From Alphaproteobacteria bacterium (GTDB taxonomy: Bacteria > Pseudomonadota > Alphaproteobacteria > Rickettsiales > UBA1997), in assembly GCA_030835905.1 (NCBI GenBank), contig JAURQX010000055.1, positions 1-56,572 on the forward strand: a DNA stretch of 56,572 bases. Direction: 5' to 3'. Shown here one piece after another: positions 9,862 through 18,823 of this stretch. Position numbers and translations under genes: made by a program. The notes under the pieces are model-generated. The model saw nothing but the letters and a program-made list of their open reading frames with translations, was not told where the DNA came from and did not search any database. Position 1 is the first letter of the stretch. Every line of letters starts with the position of its first letter.

Positions 9862-10267
9862 CACAAAAATTACCTTAGAAAAAATTGCCAAAGAAAGTAA
9901 AATAAAAAAGTCGATTAAACTATTTTGCTATGTCGCCATAATTTCAATAGCCATTCTTTATATTTCATTTGGCTTAGAACGAAGCAAGGCAGTCAAATTG
10001 GTTAATGAGTATAAAGAAAATAAAAAAAACTTTATTGCTGAAAAAGTAATGACTAATCCTTCAATCAAAATTAAGTATAATGATAATGATATTTATCAAA
10101 TAAAGGCTAAAAAAGCTTTTCACAAAGATGAAAGCGAAGTTACTCTAGAAGAAGTTGAAGCTGAAGGCAAAATTGGTAAAATTAAAGCCGGTAAACTTAA
10201 AATCAGTCAAGAAGGAGATCGTCTTATTTTTAAAGAAAATCCTGAATTAATTCTTAATAGGAACTAG
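9854..10267 (+). CDS. lptC: LPS export periplasmic protein LptC-like (short)
   Basis: Single N-terminal TM followed by MTNP...YQIKAKKA beta-jellyroll pattern; adjacent to lptB/lptA. Confidence 0.6.
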   Translation: MDNTKITLEKIAKESKIKKSIKLFCYVAIISIAILYISFGLERSKAVKLVNEYKENKKNFIAEKVMTNPSIKIKYNDNDIYQIKAKKAFHKDESEVTLEEVEAEGKIGKIKAGKLKISQEGDRLIFKENPELILNRN

Positions 10268-10279
10268 AAATAAAAAAAT

Positions 10280-11014
10280 CTAAATCGAAAAAGACTCGCC
10301 TAGATAGACTTTTTTAACATCTTTGTGGCTGATAATTTCATCTTTTGATCCCGAGGCTAGAATTTTACCGTCATAAACAATGTAACCCTTATCAACAATT
10401 GATAATGTTTCGCGAACATTATGGTCAGTTATTAAAACACCAATACCGCGATCTTTAAGGTGAATTACCATTTGACGAATATCGTTAATAGCAATTGGAT
10501 CAACGCCCGCAAAAGGCTCATCAAGCAAGATAAACAATGGGTCTGTGGCCAAAGCGCGAGCAATTTCAACTCTTCTACGTTCACCACCTGAAAGCGCTAA
10601 GGCGTGCGATTTTCTGATATGCTCAATTGAAAATTCATCGAGCAAGCTTTCAAGTTTTTTATCGCGCTTTTTCTTATCACTTTCTGAAATTTCAAGAATT
10701 GAGTAAATATTATCTTCTACACTCATGCCGCGAAAAATAGAAGCCTCTTGAGGTAAATAACCAATACCAAGTTTAGCTCTTTGATACATTGGAAGATAAG
10801 TAATATCAAAATCATCAATTAAAATCTTGCCCGATGTAACTTTTACCAAGCCAGCTATCATATAAAAACAGGTTGTTTTACCTGCACCGTTTGGCCCCAG
10901 CAAACCAATAACTTCACCTTGCTGAATAGTAAAATCTACACCACGAATAACATCTTTTTTGCCATATTTTTTAGTAATTTTTTGGACTTTTAAGGTTTTT
11001 TTACTTTTGTTCAT
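10280..11014 (-). CDS. lptB: LPS export ABC transporter ATPase
   Basis: [41 protein letters not shown]. Confidence 0.97.
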   Translation of the reverse strand: MNKSKKTLKVQKITKKYGKKDVIRGVDFTIQQGEVIGLLGPNGAGKTTCFYMIAGLVKVTSGKILIDDFDITYLPMYQRAKLGIGYLPQEASIFRGMSVEDNIYSILEISESDKKKRDKKLESLLDEFSIEHIRKSHALALSGGERRRVEIARALATDPLFILLDEPFAGVDPIAINDIRQMVIHLKDRGIGVLITDHNVRETLSIVDKGYIVYDGKILASGSKDEIISHKDVKKVYLGESFSI

Positions 11015-11567
11015 TAGTTAATACCTCTAAATCATCATTAATAATAATTTGCACTCTACCATCTTTTTGTAATTTATCCTTAGCAACTTCAACCTCATTT
11101 TTTTGACCAATAAAAATACCTTTTTCGTTTTTAAGATCATATAAAAAGTGCTCACCACTAGCAACCGACATACCATTATTAACCAAAACATTTTCTTGCA
11201 ATACAAAAATATCTTTTTTTGGATCATAATAGCCTTTATTAGAAGTGGCTATAAAATCATTAGCAAAGATCTTTACATCGTCGTAAGCATTAACTTTTTT
11301 GATTGCCGAACCAGAATCTGAATTTTCATCAAAAATAACAACCATTTTTTGTGAAGTTAACGAATTATCGCCACTTTCAACTACAACATCTTCTAAAAAA
11401 TCTATGGTTTGTGATTGTCTTTTAATATCAATTATTTTTGACTTTATTTTAACTTGCCTTTCTGGATTGTCAAAATTCAAACTATTAGCCAAAACAATTT
11501 TCGATGATAAGTAAAAAATTGATATGATTAAATATAAATTTGCTTTTTTGATTGTGGCGACTGTCAC
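11001..11567 (-). CDS. lptA: LPS transport periplasmic protein LptA/OstA
   Basis: Signal-like N-terminus, OstA beta-jellyroll, C-terminal GRVQII, directly upstream of lptB; start uncertain. Confidence 0.82.
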   Translation of the reverse strand: MTVATIKKANLYLIISIFYLSSKIVLANSLNFDNPERQVKIKSKIIDIKRQSQTIDFLEDVVVESGDNSLTSQKMVVIFDENSDSGSAIKKVNAYDDVKIFANDFIATSNKGYYDPKKDIFVLQENVLVNNGMSVASGEHFLYDLKNEKGIFIGQKNEVEVAKDKLQKDGRVQIIINDDLEVLTNEQK

Positions 11568-12000
11568 TTTAATTGCTAATAATTTAGTGGCTCAAGAATT
11601 ACCTAACTTCAACAGTAATTTTGAAAATTACAAACACAAAACTCAAGTTATAAATTCACAAAATAAGGTTATTGCTGAATTTAAAACTGTTATTGCCAAC
11701 ACACCACAAAAACAGCAATATGGATTAATGAATTTAGCAAAACTTCCATTAGATCACGCCATGCTTTTTGTTTTTTTGGATGAAAAAATAGTAACAATGT
11801 GGATGAAAAATACTTTAATCAATCTTGATATGATATTTATTGATAAAAATAATAAAATTATCAATATTGCTCACAATCAGCAAAATCATTCTTTATCAAT
11901 TATTTCTTCGCAAAAAAAAGTTGATAAGGTTTTAGAAATTAACGCCAATCTTGCAAAACAATTAGAAATCAAAGTTGGCGATCAAGTAATATGGCAATGA
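11524..12000 (+). CDS. DUF192 family exported protein
   Basis: GLM...MLFVF...MWMKNT..LDMIFID...VLEINA...GD signature. Confidence 0.88.
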   Translation: MIKYKFAFLIVATVTLIANNLVAQELPNFNSNFENYKHKTQVINSQNKVIAEFKTVIANTPQKQQYGLMNLAKLPLDHAMLFVFLDEKIVTMWMKNTLINLDMIFIDKNNKIINIAHNQQNHSLSIISSQKKVDKVLEINANLAKQLEIKVGDQVIWQ

Positions 12001-13307
12001 AAATTTTTCAGATTTCAAAAATAAATAACCAAGAGGATATTTATCAAAGCGAGATAAATTTATTTTTACAAAAACAAAATCAAGATAGTCAGCCTATCAT
12101 TGAATCAGTTCAAAAGATAATTACTCAAGTTAGAGACAATGGCGATCAAGCTATAATAGATCTTTGTAATAAATTTGACCAAACAAATTTTAGTAAAATT
12201 TCTGAAACTTTAGTCAAAAAAGAAGAAATTGAGCAAGCCTCAATAAATCTAGATAAAGATTTAAAGCAAGCCTTAGAAACTTCTTATCAAAGAATTTTTA
12301 ATTATCACCAAAAGCAAATGCCCAAAGATTTGCTTTACCAAGATCAAGTTGGAGTTACTTTAGGTAATAAATGGCAAGCTATTGAGTCTGTAGCAATATA
12401 CGCCCCTGGTGGTAGTGCATCTTACCCAAGTTCAGTTTTGATGTCAGCAATTCCAGCAATTGTTGCAGGAGTTAAAAATTTAACTCTTTTTAGCCCAAGT
12501 AAAAATGGCAAAATTAATCCTGCAATTTTATACGCCGCCCAAATATGTAAAATAGACAAGATTTATAAAATTGGAGGGGCGCAGGCAATTGCGACTGCAG
12601 CTTATGGAACTAAATCTATTAAAAAAGTTGATAAGATAGTCGGTCCAGGAAACGCTTATGTTGCTATGGCTAAAAAAATAGTTTACGGCGATGTTGGTAT
12701 TGATATGATAGCTGGCCCCACTGATTTAACGATTATTGCTGATTCTAAAATTGCCAAAGCAAATTGGGTAGCAGCTGACGCCTTGTCGCAACTTGAGCAT
12801 GGCCCAGATTCAAAAGCTTTTATTATTACTAATGATACAAAATTTGCTCAAGAAATTATTGAACAAATTGAAATTTTGAGCAAAAAATTATCCCGACAGC
12901 AAATTATTCAATCTTCATTAAAAAATTCAGCAATTTTTGTGATTGACGATATTGAGAAAGCCTATTTGATCAGTAATTTAATCGCGCCTGAACATTTGCA
13001 AATTATCAGTGATAATAATGATAATTTGTTAAAAAATATTAAAAACGCAGGTGCCATATTTTTAGGAAATTTTACCCCAGAAGCAATTGGCGATTATATT
13101 GCTGGACCAAGTCATACTTTGCCGACCGAAGGAACGGCTCGTTTTGCTAGTGGCTTATCTGTTTTTGATTTTTTAAAACGCATGTCAATTATTAGTTGCG
13201 ACCAAAAATCTTTTATTAAAGTCTCATCTTCTGCAACATCGATTGCAGATTGTGAAGGTCTTGATGGGCACAAATTAAGTTTATTAATCAGAAATGATAA
13301 AAATTAG
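11991..13307 (+). CDS. hisD: Histidinol dehydrogenase
   Basis: YAPGG, GGAQA, KIVGPGNAYV, QxEH, APEHL, GDY..GPSHTLPT, EGLxxH. Confidence 0.95.
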   Translation: MAMKIFQISKINNQEDIYQSEINLFLQKQNQDSQPIIESVQKIITQVRDNGDQAIIDLCNKFDQTNFSKISETLVKKEEIEQASINLDKDLKQALETSYQRIFNYHQKQMPKDLLYQDQVGVTLGNKWQAIESVAIYAPGGSASYPSSVLMSAIPAIVAGVKNLTLFSPSKNGKINPAILYAAQICKIDKIYKIGGAQAIATAAYGTKSIKKVDKIVGPGNAYVAMAKKIVYGDVGIDMIAGPTDLTIIADSKIAKANWVAADALSQLEHGPDSKAFIITNDTKFAQEIIEQIEILSKKLSRQQIIQSSLKNSAIFVIDDIEKAYLISNLIAPEHLQIISDNNDNLLKNIKNAGAIFLGNFTPEAIGDYIAGPSHTLPTEGTARFASGLSVFDFLKRMSIISCDQKSFIKVSSSATSIADCEGLDGHKLSLLIRNDKN

Positions 13308-14025
13308 TAAAATTTTATTCGTGGTAGTCGCTCTTTTGCTAAATTTTGCCTGCAACAAAAACAAAAAAGAGAGTGCAGCAATACTTTATCTTGAAGCTCA
13401 CGAATTATTAAAAGATAAAGATTATCAAACAGCAGCTGAAAAATTTGAAAAAATTATCGATGACTACCCTTTTTCCGAGTGGGGTATTGAAGGACAAGTA
13501 ATGGCGGTTTACGCGCGCTACAAAAATGATGATTATATTGATATGGTGAGTAATATTGATAATTTTGTTAGCTTGAATCCAAATAATGAGTATGTTGATT
13601 ATTTGCTTTATATGAAAGGAATTGCCTATTATAATCAAATTCCAAACATTCATCGCGCGCAAAATATTACCCAAGAATCACTCGATGTGTTTAGCAATTT
13701 AATTAATCGCTTTCCTGTTTCAAAATATAGTTTGGATGCACAAGAAAAATTGCCTTTTATTATTGAGCATATTGCGGGGTCTTATATGGAAAAAGCTCGC
13801 TTTCAAGCTCAACAAAATAATTTTAGCGGTGCTATCAATAATTTTTTAACTGTGATTAATGATTACCCAAATACTGGACAAGTAGCCGAAGCTTATTATC
13901 GACTTGCCGAAATTTATCAAAAACTCGGGGTCAAATTCCTAGCAGATTTAGCAATTTTAAATCTTAAGCAAAAACATTCTAATAGTTTTTGGTTTGAATT
14001 AGCGCAAAATGAATTAGCTAAATGA
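13294..14025 (+). CDS. bamD: Outer membrane protein assembly lipoprotein BamD
   Basis: Lipobox LNFAC, TPR repeats, YPFS, RFPxSKY. Confidence 0.9.
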   Translation: MIKISKILFVVVALLLNFACNKNKKESAAILYLEAHELLKDKDYQTAAEKFEKIIDDYPFSEWGIEGQVMAVYARYKNDDYIDMVSNIDNFVSLNPNNEYVDYLLYMKGIAYYNQIPNIHRAQNITQESLDVFSNLINRFPVSKYSLDAQEKLPFIIEHIAGSYMEKARFQAQQNNFSGAINNFLTVINDYPNTGQVAEAYYRLAEIYQKLGVKFLADLAILNLKQKHSNSFWFELAQNELAK

Positions 14026-15269
14026 ATAACTTAAAAAAAGGTCAAAATCATATTTGGCTTCCCTACACCCAAATGCAAAACCACCTACCACAACTTGCTG
14101 TAAAAAAAACTCGCGCTAGCAAAATTTATTTAAAAGATGGTCGCACTTTAATTGACGGCCTTTCTTCTTGGTGGGCAGTGTCGCATGGCTATAACCACCC
14201 TCACCTCACAAAGGCCATTAAATCTCAAGTTAAAAAATTACCACATATTATGTTAGCAGGTTTTGCTAATGATCAAACCTATAAATTAGCATATCGCTTA
14301 TGTAAATTTAGCGAAATGGATCGTTGTTTTTTTTCTGATTCTGGTTCCACTGCCATCGAAGTAGCCATGAAAATTGCATGGCAATATTATATAAATTTAA
14401 AACAACCGAAAAAAACTAAATTCATTTCATTTAAAAATTCCTATCACGGAGACACAACTGGCGCTATGTCACTGGCTGATTTATCAAATGGTATGCATCA
14501 AAAATTTAAAGATTTATTGCTTGATAATTTTTCACTAGATTTACCAAAAAATGAGAGTGATTTGGATAAATTTGATGAATTCTTAAAAAATAATCAAAAT
14601 CACATTGCCGGAATTTTTATTGAGCCTTTAGTTCAGTGTGCTGGCGGCATGAAATTTTGTGATATTAAAATTTTTGAGCAAATTTTCTTAATTGCTAAAA
14701 AATATGATATTTTATTTATTGCTGATGAATGCGCAGTTGGCTTTTATCGCACTGGAAAAAAATTTGCTTACCTTCACTCACCTAAAGTTAAGCCAGATAT
14801 TTTGGTAGTAGGCAAAGCCTTGACTGGGGGCATAATGACTTTAGCTGCCACCCTCACCTCTCAAGAAATATATCAAGCTTTTTTAGGTGAATCGCTTGAT
14901 TTAGCATTGATGCACGGCCCAACATTTATGGGTAATCCATTGGCTTGTAGTTCGGCTAACGCCTCTCTTGATATTTTTGAGAAATCAAACTATGAAGAAA
15001 AAATTAAAAAAGACGAAGAGTTTATAAAAAACGAGCTAGAAAAATGTCGAGATTTAAAAGATGTAATTGATGTAAGAGTAATTGGCATGATTGGCGTAGT
15101 TGAATTCAAAAAAGATTGGTCAGTGGTTTTAAAAATGCGTCAAGAAATCATTAAATATGGCGTTTTCTTGCGCCCACTACATAATTGCATCTATCTCATG
15201 CCTCCACTTAATATCTCTAGAAGCGATTTAAAAAAGATCTGCGATGTAGTTCTCAAAATTCTTTTTTAA
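14022..15269 (+). CDS. bioA: Adenosylmethionine-8-amino-7-oxononanoate aminotransferase
   Basis: IWLPYTQM, SSWW, DSGS, YHGDT, DE..GFxRTG, GKALTGG, HGPTFMGNPLAC. Confidence 0.95.
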   Translation: MNNLKKGQNHIWLPYTQMQNHLPQLAVKKTRASKIYLKDGRTLIDGLSSWWAVSHGYNHPHLTKAIKSQVKKLPHIMLAGFANDQTYKLAYRLCKFSEMDRCFFSDSGSTAIEVAMKIAWQYYINLKQPKKTKFISFKNSYHGDTTGAMSLADLSNGMHQKFKDLLLDNFSLDLPKNESDLDKFDEFLKNNQNHIAGIFIEPLVQCAGGMKFCDIKIFEQIFLIAKKYDILFIADECAVGFYRTGKKFAYLHSPKVKPDILVVGKALTGGIMTLAATLTSQEIYQAFLGESLDLALMHGPTFMGNPLACSSANASLDIFEKSNYEEKIKKDEEFIKNELEKCRDLKDVIDVRVIGMIGVVEFKKDWSVVLKMRQEIIKYGVFLRPLHNCIYLMPPLNISRSDLKKICDVVLKILF

Positions 15270-15296
15270 CATTTTAAGATTCGACACCCAAGAATA

Positions 15297-15602
15297 ATAC
15301 CATTTAAACTTTAATGGTACATTTGGACTTTGTCTTTTTGGTCTAAAATTTAAAAGACCCCTGCAAATCAACCAATTTTGAGGAATTTTTAGGCATTTTA
15401 TATTTTTTAAATTTTAGCGTATCAAGATATACGTAAATTTAAAAAATTAAAATAACAACAAAATTACTAAAATTCGTTGATTTGCAGGGGTCTTTTTAAG
15501 ATAAAAACCTTGTGTATATCCTGATACACAAGGTTTTTCTCTTAAATTTGATCATCAAAAATCCTTTATCCAAATGTATTAATTAAAGATGAATTTTGGT
15601 AT
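15297..15602. repeat. Palindromic element subfamily B (~160 bp), interrupted by element A2
   Basis: Imperfect terminal IR ATACCA..CTTTAAT..TACATTTGGA / TCCAAATGTA..ATTAAAG..TGGTAT; perfect inner stem AAAAACCTTGTGTAT / ATACACAAGGTTTTT (15503-15538). Confidence 0.8.
15354..15494. mobile_element. Palindromic element A2 (141 bp, MITE/RPE-like) flanked by TTTAA direct repeats
   Basis: Perfect TIR AAGACCCCTGCAAATCAAC / GTTGATTTGCAGGGGTCTT; TTTAA at 15349-15353 and 15495-15499. Confidence 0.9.
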
Positions 15603-15724
15603 AACATCAACTTTTCTACCTTAAAATAGCACATTAATCTCATATTAAATCTAAGAATTGTAAATTCTTTTGACTGATTTTTAAAAAAATTAGGCAAGTT
15701 TTTTTTTATTTTTAAAAAAAACTA

Positions 15725-15753
15725 TTGCATACTATTTCATTTTATGACATAAT
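15725..15753 (+). promoter_or_regulatory. Putative sigma70 promoter for the OMP/mucin-like gene pair
   Basis: TTGCAT-17 bp-CATAAT with extended -10 TGn. Confidence 0.4.
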
Positions 15754-15818
15754 TTGAACAAAACAGCCTTTTTTGAAAGGAGTTTAATAAAAATAATCAT
15801 AAATTGTTAAAAATTCCT

Positions 15819-16583
15819 ATGAGAGAAATTTTTAAAGTAGCATTTCTATCTACAATACTATCCGTATCTTTAGCAATTACTTCAAATGCCAAAACTCAAG
15901 GTCATTATTTTGGGGTAAGTGCTATTAAAACAAATTTTGATGTGGTAACGAATGATATCATTACAGTTAGAAATCCAGCCAAACAACATTTTAGCAAAGA
16001 AAGTAAGTTTGGTTTTGGCTTAGAGTACAAATACGCTTTTAATTTTAAAAATTTTTTTTTAGCACCTAAAGTTTTATACGATCGCAATAATTTTAATAAA
16101 TATTATAGCGATCCTAATTACCAAGGTACCGTATTTTTAATTACTAATAATCGTAACTTAAAATATAGCTATGGTGCAGGTTTTGACATTGGCTATGATA
16201 TAAATAAGAAGCTAGGTATTTATACTACAATACAAAGTAAAATGAATGTCTATAACTCGGGCATGAATTTAATCAACCTTACAGATTCGCAGTTTAATTA
16301 CAGCGAATATAATAAAATAAAATACAAAACCTTTGTTTATGGCCTAGGTATCAAATATGAAGTTTTGCCAAATATTGATCTGTTTGCAAGTCATGAGATT
16401 CTTACTAGATATGGCACCAAAGATTTTGAGGCAAATTATTATCGACCAAAAAATTATAATATATCCAGAGCAGGGATTTCGTATAAATTCTCTTCCAAGA
16501 GAGCGTTAATCACAACAACAAAAACCAATAAAATGAAGGAGGAGGATCAAAACAAAGATCCAAAATATATTTTAATTAACTAA
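15819..16583 (+). CDS. Outer membrane beta-barrel protein (OmpA-like 8-strand type) with a 30-aa C-terminal extension
   Basis: Signal peptide ending SNA-KTQGHYFG, alternating aromatic strands (GFGLEYKYAF, GFDIGYD, YGLGIKY, AGISYKF); ATG at 15819 preferred. Confidence 0.8.
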   Translation: MREIFKVAFLSTILSVSLAITSNAKTQGHYFGVSAIKTNFDVVTNDIITVRNPAKQHFSKESKFGFGLEYKYAFNFKNFFLAPKVLYDRNNFNKYYSDPNYQGTVFLITNNRNLKYSYGAGFDIGYDINKKLGIYTTIQSKMNVYNSGMNLINLTDSQFNYSEYNKIKYKTFVYGLGIKYEVLPNIDLFASHEILTRYGTKDFEANYYRPKNYNISRAGISYKFSSKRALITTTKTNKMKEEDQNKDPKYILIN

Positions 16584-16594
16584 AATTAAATATT

Positions 16595-18823
16595 ATGAAA
16601 ATTATTAATTTATTTAGCGCTTCAAATATTTTAAAAGGAGTTATTCTATCAGCTGGATTTGGTCAATCTCTTAGTGTAGACAACCCTCTAATTTCTTCCA
16701 GCCTAAGATCATCAACTTCCTTAAGTCATAATAGGGGTGGGGTAGATTTGCTGAGTACAAATACTGATATTAAATCAGTTGATGGAATTATAGATAGCCA
16801 AGAAACGCTTGTTAATCATGCAAAATTCTTTGAAGATGCTAGTAAATCGCTTAGAGGAATTTGTGACGTGAGGCCAGATAATCCATTATGCGCACCTCCA
16901 CAGCCACCAGTTAATCAAGATACAACAAGTTCGGCATTTAATAATTCAACTTTAATGCAAGGTACTACCAGTTCATTGTTTCAATGGACTTTGGAACCTA
17001 AAAAAGAAGTTACTGCAAGTTCAAGCGGTACTTACAGCAATATAGATAACACTTCACCTCAAGTTAGTGATTCTCAAACTAGGTCTTTGATTAATGAAGC
17101 TACATCTTCAACTCAAGCTGATCAAATTACTTTAAGTAGCAGATTTTCAACCACTAGTTTACCAAGAATTGAAAACACTCCTCCACCTTCTAGCGCACTA
17201 TCAATTGATTCAATTTCTTCTAGCATAACTCAAGTTATAAATAAATATTTTACCTCAAAACCAGAGTTCACATATATAAATCTAACCTTTGGCGGATCAA
17301 ATATTACTGAATTTGGAACTTCTGTTGGATATAAAGAAAGTGAAGCTAACTATAGCAGTGCAGTGCAAATGAGTACTGCTGTTGCTGAATATTTTTCTTC
17401 AATGCAACTAACCCCAGCTCCAGAAACTCCAGCTGAGAGTTCACAAACTCAAGCCCTAACTCCTTATGGAACTTCAACTGCTGTTTTAGATACAATTTTA
17501 AATGATTATACTACTACTCAAACTAATGCTACTGACTATGAATTAAAGGAAAGTTCTGCTACATTTAGCAGTGGATTAGTAACAGATAAAGAAACTTCTT
17601 TACAATCTACAATTACTGTTTCAGGAACTCCGGCTCCGACTAAAGTTTCAGCAACTCCAGCTCAGAGTTCAGATTTAGTAACAAGTAAAGATAATCAATC
17701 ACAAATAGGAACAACTTCAGCTACAGTTTCGCATGTTATTTCAGATGCTAGTACTGCAGAAGGAACAAAATCAGATACAATTACTGTTTCAGGAACTGCT
17801 AATATAGAAACTAAAACTTTCGCAACTCCAGCTCCTCAAACTCAATTTTCAGGAACTCCAGCTCAGATTTCAGCTTTAGGAACAACTTCAGCTCCAGTTT
17901 CTAGTACTGTTTCAGAAACTGAAGTTAAAAAAGAAACTTCTTTACAATCTACAATTACTGTTTCAGGAACTACAACTCAAAGTTTAGTTTACAATTCAGC
18001 TTCAGAAACTGAAACTTTCACAACTCTAGCTTCTCAAACCCAATTTTTAGGAACTCCAGCTCAGAGTTCAGCTTTAGGAACAAGTCAAGCTAATCAAGCG
18101 GTTGAAGAAACCACTATTAAGCAAGATAAGGCTGACGATACAAATCAAATAACTAGCACTTCATCAAACAAAATTGATGAAACCCCTAAACCTGATACTG
18201 TTAATGACAAAAATCCTGATGCCAAAGGTGATGTTATAGAACCAAATTCTGATTCAAAAGATAGCCTATCAAATGAAAATACTGGCGCAATTGTCGGAGG
18301 AACTGTTGGCGGCGGAGTTGTATTAATTGCTGCTACATTTGTGATTGCTGCATTTATGTGCAGAAAAGCTGGAGCAAGAAGTAGTGCAGAAGATGACAGT
18401 AAAAGATTTACAAGCCCAAATGATATCAAAACGGGTTCAGTTAGTCAAAGATCAAGCAATAATAACCCAGAAGAAAATTTAATAGCTTTAACTAATGATC
18501 GAAATAAAGATAAAGTGGCTTTGAGTATTATGTCCAGTAGTTCTCTGTCAAATGATGGAACTACAGAAACTATACATCCACACAGCAAATCAGATTTATC
18601 ATCAGTAACAGCAGGTGTTCAAGTAGACTTAGTAATTGCAACGGGAGAAAATACTCAAGATATTAATGATACATCAATTGAAGCTCATACAACATCCTTA
18701 AGCTCGGCGCCAACAGGTTTTGTAAGGAAAAGGATTGATGAAATAGAAAGGAGAAGGATTGATGAAATAGAAAATGAGCATGCTTCTTCTAATGGTAGAA
18801 CTGCTGCTAGAGGAAGTCGATAA
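16595..18823 (+). CDS. Ser/Thr-rich mucin-like protein with single TM helix and basic C-terminus
   Basis: 742 aa; long S/T-rich repeat region; TM GAIVGGTVGGGVVLIAATFVIAAFMC followed by RK. Confidence 0.8.
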   Translation: MKIINLFSASNILKGVILSAGFGQSLSVDNPLISSSLRSSTSLSHNRGGVDLLSTNTDIKSVDGIIDSQETLVNHAKFFEDASKSLRGICDVRPDNPLCAPPQPPVNQDTTSSAFNNSTLMQGTTSSLFQWTLEPKKEVTASSSGTYSNIDNTSPQVSDSQTRSLINEATSSTQADQITLSSRFSTTSLPRIENTPPPSSALSIDSISSSITQVINKYFTSKPEFTYINLTFGGSNITEFGTSVGYKESEANYSSAVQMSTAVAEYFSSMQLTPAPETPAESSQTQALTPYGTSTAVLDTILNDYTTTQTNATDYELKESSATFSSGLVTDKETSLQSTITVSGTPAPTKVSATPAQSSDLVTSKDNQSQIGTTSATVSHVISDASTAEGTKSDTITVSGTANIETKTFATPAPQTQFSGTPAQISALGTTSAPVSSTVSETEVKKETSLQSTITVSGTTTQSLVYNSASETETFTTLASQTQFLGTPAQSSALGTSQANQAVEETTIKQDKADDTNQITSTSSNKIDETPKPDTVNDKNPDAKGDVIEPNSDSKDSLSNENTGAIVGGTVGGGVVLIAATFVIAAFMCRKAGARSSAEDDSKRFTSPNDIKTGSVSQRSSNNNPEENLIALTNDRNKDKVALSIMSSSSLSNDGTTETIHPHSKSDLSSVTAGVQVDLVIATGENTQDINDTSIEAHTTSLSSAPTGFVRKRIDEIERRRIDEIENEHASSNGRTAARGSR
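17588..17971 (+). repeat. Intragenic direct repeats (42 bp, KETSLQSTITVSGT, at 17588 and 17930; several GTPAQ units)
   Basis: AAAGAAACTTCTTTACAATCTACAATTACTGTTTCAGGAACT occurs twice; partial copy near 17776. Confidence 0.85.

Noticed and set aside
1-15494. A1 and A2 as inverted ends of a 15-kb composite transposon
   Set aside because: Enclosed genes are core (cysS, lptAB, bamD), no transposase is present, and the family is dispersed throughout the window
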